From Minisyncoccota bacterium (lineage in GTDB: Bacteria; Patescibacteriota; Minisyncoccia; Phycocordibacterales; JBAYLF01): a DNA stretch of 64,000 bases. The position numbers were made by a program, and so were the translations under genes. The notes beneath the pieces were generated by a model, which was not told the DNA's origin, did not search any database, and saw nothing but the letters and a program-made list of their open reading frames with translations. The stretch spans positions 29,690 to 93,689 of the forward strand of contig JBAYLF010000002.1 in the NCBI GenBank assembly GCA_041664205.1, given 5' to 3'. Position 1 is the first letter of the stretch. The number at the start of each line of letters is the position of its first letter. This document shows positions 56,692-64,000 of the stretch, in pieces.

Positions 56692-59409
56692 TTATCGATT
56701 CACTGAAACAGTATCAGTAAACATAAAACCCTTCTTCCCTTTCTTAACTTCAAATACAAACTCATCACCTTTCATACTTGCAATAATATTTCCACCCTTC
56801 ATTAAACCTTTTGAAACCATAAGCGACGCTATTGGTGTTAACATCTTGCTTTGTATCAAACGCTTCAGAGGTCGAGCTCCGTATTGTGGATTGTAACCTT
56901 CTCTTGCTAAATATTCCAATACGGATGAATTTATTTCAAGCTTAATTTCCTTAGAAGCTAGTCGGTCTGCAACTTTATCAACTTGTATCTTAACAATCTG
57001 TTTTATAGCTTCAGGAGTTAAAATATCGAAGATAACGATTTCATCAACTCTGTTTAGAAATTCTGGTCTAAAGTGATCTTTCAAACTTGCAGTAACTTTT
57101 GTCTTTGCGTCTTCGTAATTACGTTTTTCACTATCGCCCGCAGTTGCTGAAAATCCCATTTTCTCCATCTTATCTATATACTGAGCGCCGATGTTTGAGG
57201 TCATTATGATTATAGTATTCTTAAAGTTCACAGTTCGTCCTTTTGCATCTGTTAGTCGCCCATTATCAAGAACTTGTAGTAATACATTAAATACTTCAGG
57301 ATGAGCCTTTTCTATTTCATCAAATAAAATTACAGAGTAAGGTCGATGTCTCACCATCTCGGTAAGATTTCCTCCTTCTTCATAACCAACATAACCTGGA
57401 GGCGCGCCGATAAGTTTTGAAACCGCATGTCGTTCCATAAATTCAGACATATCAACTCTAATAAGTGATTTCTCGTCATCAAACATAAATTCTGCGAGAG
57501 CTTTTGTAAGTTCTGTTTTTCCAACACCTGTTGGACCTAAGAAAATAAATGAACCGATAGGACGATCTGGATCAGAAATACCCGCGCGTGAGCGTTTGAC
57601 CGTATCGGAAATAGCTTTGACTGCGATATCTTGACCTATAATTCGCTCCTTTAGCACATCTTCCATTCGATTTAATTTTTCTGCCTCTTCTTCAAGCATT
57701 CGATTTACAGGAATACCCGTCCATCGAGAAACCACATCTGCGATATCAGACTCTACTATCTCTTCTTTAAGAATACGTCGTGAACTTTGAAGTTTCTTCA
57801 GACGCTTTAATTTTGTTTCTAAATCTTTTTCAAGAGCAGGAATACGGCCATATCTAATTTCTGCAGCCTTTGATAAATCAGCTCGAGCTTCTGCATGCTC
57901 TGCTTCGTTGCGAAGAGATTCCAAATCTTTTTTAATTCTCTTTATATCTGTGTGAGTTTCTTTTTCATTTTTCCATTTAAGTTCAACTTCTGAAGTTTTT
58001 TCTTTTAAATCAGCAATCTCCTTTTCAATTTCTTTAATTCGAGTTTTATCTTTCTTAGATATTTCTGGCTCATTCTTTAAAGCTTCTCGTTCAATTTCAA
58101 AACGCATTATCTTTCGATGAGCATCTTCAAGTATCGGTGGCTTATTTTCTAAAGAAATTCGAAGTGAGGACGCAGCTTCGTCAATTAAGTCGACAGCTTT
58201 ATCAGGTAAAAATCTATCTGATATATAACGACTAGAAAGATTTACTGCTGCGACTATCGCATCATCAGTAATACGAACACCATGATAGAGTTCATATTTT
58301 TCTTTTAGTCCTCGCAAAATAGCAACAGCATCTTCGATAGATGGTTCGTTAACATAAACAGGCTGAAATCTTCTGGTAAGTGCAGGATCTTTTTCAATAT
58401 GTTTTTGATATTCCTTCAAAGTAGTTGCACCAATCGCTCTAAGTTCTCCACGAGAAAGTGCTGGCTTAAGCATGTTTGATGCATCAAGAGAGCCTTCAGC
58501 AGCTCCTGCGCCTACAATAGTGTGTATCTCATCTATAAAAAGAATTATTTTCCCTTCTGATCGTTCGATTTCTTTTAAAATATTTTTTAACCGCTCTTCA
58601 AATTCTCCTCGATATTTTGTGCCGGCAATTAATGATCCAAGATCAAGAGAAACGAGTTCTTTATCACGAAGTGATTCTGGAACATCACCGGTTGCCATTC
58701 TATTAGCAAGGCCTTCAGCTATAGCAGTTTTTCCAACTCCTGCTTCTCCTATGAGAATAGGGTTATTCTTTGTTCTTCTGGAAAGAATTTGTATTATTCG
58801 AGAAATCTCTGTATCGCGTCCGATAACTGGATCAAGCTTGTTCTGTTTTGCGAGTCCAGTAAGACTTCTTGTATACTTAGCAATAAATTTCATTTTCTTT
58901 GGCTCTCTAGTATCTGTTGTCTTACTGTTTTTAAGTTCATCTAAAATACGAATAACGTTTGATCTATCAATCCTAAAACGAGATAAAATTTCTCGAGCAG
59001 GACTAGCAACATCGAATATTGATATAAACAAATGCTCAGTAGAAACAAATTCATCTTTTAGACTTGCGGCAATCTTTGTTGATCCTTCCAACATCTGAGC
59101 TAAATCTGGAGTAATATATATTTGATATGAAGGAGAAAGAGTTGTTGTAGCTTCAGGAGATTCAATAGCTTCAAGAAGCGAATCTGTGAGCAACACCATA
59201 TCAACTTCAAGCTTATCGAGTATAGAAGCAACCATACTCTCTTCTTGTAGAATAAGAGCCGCAAGCATATGTAAAGGATTCACATGATTTTGTCCGCGTT
59301 CTATAGCAAGTTCATGTGCTCGTCTAATCGCCTCTTTTGCTTTTGTTGTAAAATGTTGAAATGGTGGCATAAAATATAAATCTAAATTTATAAGTTTAAT
59401 TTTTGACAA
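56692..59409 (-). CDS. clpB: Chaperone ClpB (Hsp104/ClpB disaggregase)
   Basis: 905 aa. Two intact AAA modules ([18 protein letters not shown]) separated by a long coiled-coil M-domain, and an N-terminal Clp_N repeat. Confidence 0.9.
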   Translation of the reverse strand: MSKIKLINLDLYFMPPFQHFTTKAKEAIRRAHELAIERGQNHVNPLHMLAALILQEESMVASILDKLEVDMVLLTDSLLEAIESPEATTTLSPSYQIYITPDLAQMLEGSTKIAASLKDEFVSTEHLFISIFDVASPAREILSRFRIDRSNVIRILDELKNSKTTDTREPKKMKFIAKYTRSLTGLAKQNKLDPVIGRDTEISRIIQILSRRTKNNPILIGEAGVGKTAIAEGLANRMATGDVPESLRDKELVSLDLGSLIAGTKYRGEFEERLKNILKEIERSEGKIILFIDEIHTIVGAGAAEGSLDASNMLKPALSRGELRAIGATTLKEYQKHIEKDPALTRRFQPVYVNEPSIEDAVAILRGLKEKYELYHGVRITDDAIVAAVNLSSRYISDRFLPDKAVDLIDEAASSLRISLENKPPILEDAHRKIMRFEIEREALKNEPEISKKDKTRIKEIEKEIADLKEKTSEVELKWKNEKETHTDIKRIKKDLESLRNEAEHAEARADLSKAAEIRYGRIPALEKDLETKLKRLKKLQSSRRILKEEIVESDIADVVSRWTGIPVNRMLEEEAEKLNRMEDVLKERIIGQDIAVKAISDTVKRSRAGISDPDRPIGSFIFLGPTGVGKTELTKALAEFMFDDEKSLIRVDMSEFMERHAVSKLIGAPPGYVGYEEGGNLTEMVRHRPYSVILFDEIEKAHPEVFNVLLQVLDNGRLTDAKGRTVNFKNTIIIMTSNIGAQYIDKMEKMGFSATAGDSEKRNYEDAKTKVTASLKDHFRPEFLNRVDEIVIFDILTPEAIKQIVKIQVDKVADRLASKEIKLEINSSVLEYLAREGYNPQYGARPLKRLIQSKMLTPIASLMVSKGLMKGGNIIASMKGDEFVFEVKKGKKGFMFTDTVSVNR

Positions 59410-59441
59410 TTATACTTAACTTTATAAGATGTGTCAAATTA

Positions 59442-60284
59442 CTAATTGCTTGTCTTTTTGGATTGTTCCGCTACTGGTTTGACCGTAGGAATATTTAAAG
59501 GAGTGAAAATATTTTTATTTTCGTATTTTGTTAAGTGCATTCCTAGCACATTACCTGATATGTCTACGATTGGACTTCCTGAAACAATATCGTTTGAAGA
59601 AATTTGCGCTTCAATAGCACCTATTTCAATCTTTGGTGGAGTTGATGTGCTTGTTTCAGTATTTGATTGAGACTCTTTTTTTATCAAGCTTGCAACTGAA
59701 CCTATCGATACTGCATCTCTATTTGAACCACCTAACCCTATCAATGTTTGTCCGAGTTTTATTTTATCTACACTCTCCGTTCCAATACTATTAAAAATAG
59801 TCTTATCATCTCCTGCCTTCTCTGCTCTGAATAATCTAAAATCAGAGTTTGAGTTTTCAAATTTCAATGAATATTTACTACCATCTGAAAATACTGCTGT
59901 ATAATTTCCATCTTCAAATGTTGAGTATTTATCAACAACGATTAATCCATCACTTGATGTTACAAGACCTAAAGCAACAAATGAACTGCTTTTATCTTCA
60001 TTAACCTGCGTCAATCTAACAATTGATTTTAAATTTTTATCTATTGCGGTGGCTATGAGCTCTTCGCTACTTTTTTGAGGTGTTTCGCTTTGAATTTTTA
60101 TTATTTCTTTTGCTCCTGGAATAACCTTTTCAATAGTTCTTTCTACAACCTGATTTATAATTTGCGGAACTTGCAGTGGCACTTCCTGTAAAAGAGAAAC
60201 TGTAATAATACCTGTGGCAATCGATGTCACAAAGCTTATCATCACGCACAAAAGAATTAATTGTTGTTTGTTTAGATCTTCCAT
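59442..60284 (-). CDS. Membrane-anchored trypsin-like (S1) peptidase-domain protein, possibly catalytically degenerate
   Basis: 280 aa. N-terminal TM, and a chymotrypsin-fold-like C-terminal half (IVSGSPIVDISGNVLGMH) in which the canonical GNSGGP serine motif is altered. Confidence 0.45.
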   Translation of the reverse strand: MEDLNKQQLILLCVMISFVTSIATGIITVSLLQEVPLQVPQIINQVVERTIEKVIPGAKEIIKIQSETPQKSSEELIATAIDKNLKSIVRLTQVNEDKSSSFVALGLVTSSDGLIVVDKYSTFEDGNYTAVFSDGSKYSLKFENSNSDFRLFRAEKAGDDKTIFNSIGTESVDKIKLGQTLIGLGGSNRDAVSIGSVASLIKKESQSNTETSTSTPPKIEIGAIEAQISSNDIVSGSPIVDISGNVLGMHLTKYENKNIFTPLNIPTVKPVAEQSKKTSN

Positions 60285-60483
60285 AAATATTGTGAGACTT
60301 GTCTATCAATAGGATTTCTTGGAGAAATTTAATAGATTTCGAGCGAAGCGCGGTAAAAAATTTTGAAGAATACCTTTTTGGTATTTTGAAAAATTTTTAA
60401 CAAGCTGCAGCCGAAATCCGTTAAATTTATACAGAAAGGTTGTTGATAGACAAGTCTATTCTAACATTTTGAGATATCGACGC

Positions 60484-60517
60484 AAGAAAAATCACCACGA
60501 CCGTAGGTCGTGGTGAT
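60484..60517 (-). terminator. Rho-independent terminator
   Basis: atcaccacgacc-gtag-ggtcgtggtgat, with a minus-strand T-run. Confidence 0.5.
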
Positions 60518-60547
60518 ACATCAAAATTGAGTAAATTTCTGTTTTGA

Positions 60548-60643
60548 TCATAGAAACTTTTTTTTATTAGGTTTCTTATCAAAAGCACAGAGAGTCAATA
60601 TGATCAACGATTGATAAATAAAAAATCCAATCAATACTTCCAT
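60548..60643 (-). CDS. Putative 31-aa hydrophobic peptide
   Basis: MEVLIGFFIYQSLIILTLCAFDKKPNKKKFL. Strong SD ggaggaataat. The terminator follows 20 bp downstream. Below the ORF-track size cutoff. Confidence 0.3.
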   Translation of the reverse strand: MEVLIGFFIYQSLIILTLCAFDKKPNKKKFL

Positions 60644-61052
60644 ATTATTCCTCCTTTTTTTAAAAAAGCACTATACTTTTTATCTACTTAGAATGATATC
60701 ATATTTTTATTTAAATGTCAATAATAATCTTTCTACCTAGGTGAAAAAGCAATCAGTGTAAAAAAGATAAAAACTATAGAAATACCGACAATTCCAAAAA
60801 TCTGAAGATAGAGACCTGCAAGCCAGGTAAAACCAGCTTTATTGGCTAGAGCTTTATTTTCAGGATTCTTTTTCAACTCCTCATAAAGAACTTTTTCTTT
60901 CTTCCATAAAAAATTCCAGCAAAGAAAAATATATTAGAAATAATTAAAATAATACATAACTGCATTTCATACTGAATAATTATGTTATACATATTTAATT
61001 CTCCTTCTGAATTATAAGGTATCGTTCTTGCAGTATTTCGTCAAATTCCATT

Positions 61053-61125
61053 CTGTCATTCCCGCGAAGGCGGGAATCCAGATTAAACAGAGATAAACTA
61101 GATTCCCGCCTTCGCGGGAATGACA
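61053..61125. repeat. Palindromic GC-rich repeat element, miniature copy E
   Basis: ctgtcattcccgcgaaggcgggaatccag, spacer attaaacagagataaa (near-identical to the copy A spacer), ctagattcccgccttcgcgggaatgacaa. Lies 11 bp beyond the cysteine desulfurase stop. Confidence 0.85.
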
Positions 61126-61136
61126 AGAAATTTTGA

Positions 61137-62303
61137 TTATAAATTCAGAGCGTTTAATTTTTCTATACAAATATCGATATCTTTTTTTGTAGTTTCTCTA
61201 CCGAGAGTAAAGCGAAGTGACGAAATAGCGCATTCTTTTTTGCCAATTGCAGATATTACATATGAAGAAGAATCATCTGATAAATTTTTACATGCACTAA
61301 CTGACGAGCAAGAAATTCCTTCATGATCAAGTTTAATAACTGTAAATTCAGCATCTATTCCTGGAAAACAAACGTTTATATTATTTGGCAGACGTTTTTC
61401 TATATCGCCATTAAGGCTCGCGTTAGGAAAATGCTTTAAAACTTTATCGATAAAATAGTCGCGAAGCTTCACAAGTCTTTCAGATTCTTTTTCTCTGTCA
61501 TTTTGTGCAATTTCAAGAGCCAAAGATACACCGAAAATTTTCTCTACATCTTCGGTGCCAGATCGAAGTCCACCTTCCTGCCCTCCTCCAAAAATAATCG
61601 GTAAAATTTCTAACTGATTTTTTTTAAGAAGAATTCCTGCACCTTTTGGTCCATAAAATTTTGAGGAATCGAGTGTCATCATATCTATTCCTAAAGCCTC
61701 TCTAAGCAGAGTTAAATAATTTGCCGCTTGTGAAGCATCTGTGTGAAAATATGGCAAAACATCATCACTATCTTTTTTAGACGCTCTGTATTTTTTTATT
61801 ACTCTTCCTATTTCAGATATTGGCTGAATTGTGCCGATCTCATTATTTGCATACATTACAGAAACAAGCACTGTGTTAAGCTTCAAAGCTTTTTCAACGT
61901 CTTTTGCAATAACGATTCCATTTTCTTGAGGTTTGATGTAAGTAACTTCCCCACCCTGCCTCTCAATTTCTTTCATAGTTTCTAATATAGAAGAATGCTC
62001 AAATTCAGAAGTTATAAAATGTGGCTTGAATTTTCCTTTGTAAAAATTAAATGTCCCCAATATTGCTAGATTGTTTGATTCCGTTCCGCTTCCTGTAAAA
62101 TATACTTCGTCTGATTTAACGCCAAATATCCTCGCGATGTTTGTTCGTGATTGTTCGAGCACCTTTCTAGCCTCTACTCCTTCCTTATAAAGCCCTGATG
62201 GATTTGCGAAATTATTTTTTGCAAAATCATTCATCGCTTTTTTCACTTTTGAGTGAATCGGGGTTGTGGAAGCATAATCAAAATATATTCGTTTATTTGA
62301 CAT
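61137..62303 (-). CDS. Cysteine desulfurase (aminotransferase class V, IscS/NifS-like)
   Basis: 388 aa with N-terminal YFDYASTTP, a PLP-lysine region and the SSxSACxxxSxxPS-like Cys loop (SCSSVSACKN). Confidence 0.85.
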   Translation of the reverse strand: MSNKRIYFDYASTTPIHSKVKKAMNDFAKNNFANPSGLYKEGVEARKVLEQSRTNIARIFGVKSDEVYFTGSGTESNNLAILGTFNFYKGKFKPHFITSEFEHSSILETMKEIERQGGEVTYIKPQENGIVIAKDVEKALKLNTVLVSVMYANNEIGTIQPISEIGRVIKKYRASKKDSDDVLPYFHTDASQAANYLTLLREALGIDMMTLDSSKFYGPKGAGILLKKNQLEILPIIFGGGQEGGLRSGTEDVEKIFGVSLALEIAQNDREKESERLVKLRDYFIDKVLKHFPNASLNGDIEKRLPNNINVCFPGIDAEFTVIKLDHEGISCSSVSACKNLSDDSSSYVISAIGKKECAISSLRFTLGRETTKKDIDICIEKLNALNL

Positions 62304-62345
62304 AGTTGTATTTGCATATTATCATAACTCCAGAAAAATCCAAAT

Positions 62346-62717
62346 ATGAAAATGATTGAATCAATTAAGTCCATTGTTGCTACATTATGGGTTCTATCCC
62401 TATTAGTTATAGTTTATTCCTTCGGTGTTTATCTTTCTTTCTATCTCGGATTATCAACAACTAGACTTCCAGTCTTTGGAAGCGAAAACATCGCAATATC
62501 ATTCATCGCGGCATTTTTACTTTTACCATTGAATGTTTTGTGGGGTCTATTTGTTTTTAAACTGACTTGGAAAAGATCTTTATATTGGGCGAATTTATTT
62601 TCAATCGCAAGTTTTATTTCTTTAACATTGGTGCCAGAAAAAATAGCACCTCTTATTGAATGCTCTGTAGTGTTATTTATCATCTGTTTTACAACAGAAA
62701 AATATCTCAAAAAATAA
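62346..62717 (+). CDS. Hypothetical membrane protein
   Basis: 123 aa, 3-4 TM helices. A terminator follows at 62741-62778. Confidence 0.4.
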   Translation: MKMIESIKSIVATLWVLSLLVIVYSFGVYLSFYLGLSTTRLPVFGSENIAISFIAAFLLLPLNVLWGLFVFKLTWKRSLYWANLFSIASFISLTLVPEKIAPLIECSVVLFIICFTTEKYLKK

Positions 62718-62740
62718 ATAACTCAAAACAACAACTTTCT

Positions 62741-62778
62741 AACCGCTTCAGCATCAAAACTGGAGCGGTTTTATTTTT
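62741..62778 (+). terminator. Rho-independent terminator
   Basis: aaccgcttcag-N9-ctggagcggtt, followed by ttatttttg. Confidence 0.5.
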
Positions 62779-62818
62779 GACATTCGTAAATAAAAATTGT
62801 AATGTTTGTTACAGAAAA

Positions 62819-63235
62819 ATGAATAAGAAAAACATTCTACGTTCATGCTGTAAATTATTTCTAGAAGCTTTTTATATATCGATTTTTGCAACAATATTTC
62901 TAATTCCTAGAATAGGCTTAGAATATTTCTTTCCAAAATTATTTATAGAATATCTTAGCTTTGAAACCTTTTATTCTGGATTTTTTACAATACTAAAAAT
63001 GTTTTTGATAATGCTTTGCATTACTTACACACTCGGATACTTTTTAGTCACTTGGAATTTTAAGGAAATAATTAAAACAACCTTAACTGGATGTGTTGGA
63101 GCAATTTTTAGCTTGTTCGTATATGATCCAAATATAAAAACAATTTTGCACTCATTTGTGCTAACTATCATACTCTTATTCTTAACGATCATTTTTACAT
63201 TTTGGTTTGAAAGCATCGAAGACCAAAATGTTTAA
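62819..63235 (+). CDS. Hypothetical membrane protein
   Basis: The ORF-track frame is 62660..63235. The likely start is the internal ATG at 62819 (MNKKNILRS...), downstream of the terminator and a TTGACA-N17-TAATGT promoter-like sequence. 4 TM helices. Confidence 0.4.
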   Translation: MNKKNILRSCCKLFLEAFYISIFATIFLIPRIGLEYFFPKLFIEYLSFETFYSGFFTILKMFLIMLCITYTLGYFLVTWNFKEIIKTTLTGCVGAIFSLFVYDPNIKTILHSFVLTIILLFLTIIFTFWFESIEDQNV

Positions 63236-63337
63236 AATGTTTTTTCGCCCCGAAAAATTTCGGGGCGAAATTATTTTGCGAAAGTGCTTATTTAATGTAT
63301 AATTTAATTTAATAAACTTTTTATCTAAATATTTTCT

Positions 63338-63811
63338 ATGATACTTCAAAGCGAATTTACCATTTATATACTTGTTGGCGTATGTGTATTATTAATCGCC
63401 TGGATCATTCGACTTGAGATCAAATTTAAACATCTTGTTGTGGGCCCAGATTCAAAAAGCATAGAAGACTCAATTCACCATTTAAATAGAGAAGTAAAAG
63501 GTTTAAATAAATTTCAAGAAGATACTGTTAACTATTTAACATCATCAGAAAAACGTCTTCAAAATTCAATAAGAGCAGTAGAAACAGTCAGATTCAATCC
63601 TTTCAAAGGCGCAGGAGAAGGTGGCAACCAGAGTTTTGCCACTGCTTTTATTTCTGAAAAAGGAGACGGTGTTGTATTTTCTAGTCTTTACTCAAGAGAT
63701 CGAGTAAATGTTTTTGCAAAAGGCATAGCAAATAGCCAATCTGAATTTGAATTGACCGCAGAAGAAAAAGAGGCTATAAAGAGAGCTAAGGAAAAAACTG
63801 TCTTAAAATAA
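63338..63811 (+). CDS. Hypothetical protein with N-terminal TM helix (DUF4446-like)
   Basis: 157 aa. The conserved NPFKGAGEGGNQSFATAF segment resembles DUF4446. Confidence 0.4.
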   Translation: MILQSEFTIYILVGVCVLLIAWIIRLEIKFKHLVVGPDSKSIEDSIHHLNREVKGLNKFQEDTVNYLTSSEKRLQNSIRAVETVRFNPFKGAGEGGNQSFATAFISEKGDGVVFSSLYSRDRVNVFAKGIANSQSEFELTAEEKEAIKRAKEKTVLK

Positions 63812-63849
63812 AAACATGAGCCTGGTTTCAATATTAAAAACATATCAAA

Positions 63850-64000
63850 ATGACAAAGGAAATTTCAGAACAAAAGAATACTCTTGTTGCACGACCTCCC
63901 GTGATAGTAATCATGGGTCATATTGATCATGGAAAATCTACTCTTTTAGACTACATTAGAAAGACAAATGTTGCAGATAAAGAAGTTGGCGGAATAACCC
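63850..64000 (+). CDS. infB: Translation initiation factor IF-2 (N-terminal fragment; continues past the window end)
   Basis: [50 protein letters not shown], which is the G1 motif of the IF-2 G domain. Confidence 0.75.
   Translation, partial: MTKEISEQKNTLVARPPVIVIMGHIDHGKSTLLDYIRKTNVADKEVGGIT

Overview
This 64 kb window is AT-rich (about 30-35 % GC by eye), gene-dense with small genes, and looks like a reduced-genome bacterium. It is consistent with a Patescibacteria/CPR-like lineage, which I infer from low GC, small proteins, tRNAs without encoded CCA and many small membrane proteins.

**Confident content**
- An alpha-glucan cluster: GH15 glucoamylase (partial, at the window edge), GH57, and a GT4/GT5 glycogen-synthase-like transferase, plus a separate GH13.
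- Cell-envelope glycosyltransferases (GT2 x2, GT4), MgtC and DedA.
- A complete F1Fo ATP synthase operon, atpB-E-F-H-A-G-D-C, on the minus strand.
- Housekeeping genes: dgkA, ABC-F ATPase, dcd, rsgA, dnaX, dusB, a ClpA/B-family ATPase, ftsQ, serS, dprA, topA, parB, rpmG, miaA, clpB, an IscS/NifS-type cysteine desulfurase, and the start of infB.
- A sortase next to an LPXTG-anchored BNR-repeat substrate.
- A double-PAS sensor histidine kinase and an orphan REC-only response regulator.
- Four tRNAs: Gln-UUG, Leu-CAA, Trp-CCA and Tyr-GUA.
- Many rho-independent terminators.

**Most notable observation**
A family of GC-rich palindromic repeat elements, each about 74 bp and built from two 8-bp-stem hairpins, attcccgc-N4-gcgggaat, in inverted orientation and flanked by tgtcat/atgaca. 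Five miniature copies sit at gene 3' ends. A sixth, 395-bp version has the same termini bracketing a small GIY-YIG (YhbQ-like) nuclease gene. This looks like a candidate autonomous element with MITE-like derivatives. A second GIY-YIG gene sits 30 bp from another copy.

**Other oddities**
- An inverted-repeat-flanked GC-rich 126-bp insert between atpE and atpF.
- An 18-bp direct duplication of the tRNA-Gln 3' end 131 bp downstream.
- An ORF-poor, GC-elevated island upstream of dnaX.
- An rsgA-linked PD-(D/E)xK nuclease plus small unknown-protein pair.
- A high-GC small gene beside parB.
- A recent in-frame tandem PAS duplication.

No CRISPR arrays or rRNA genes were seen.
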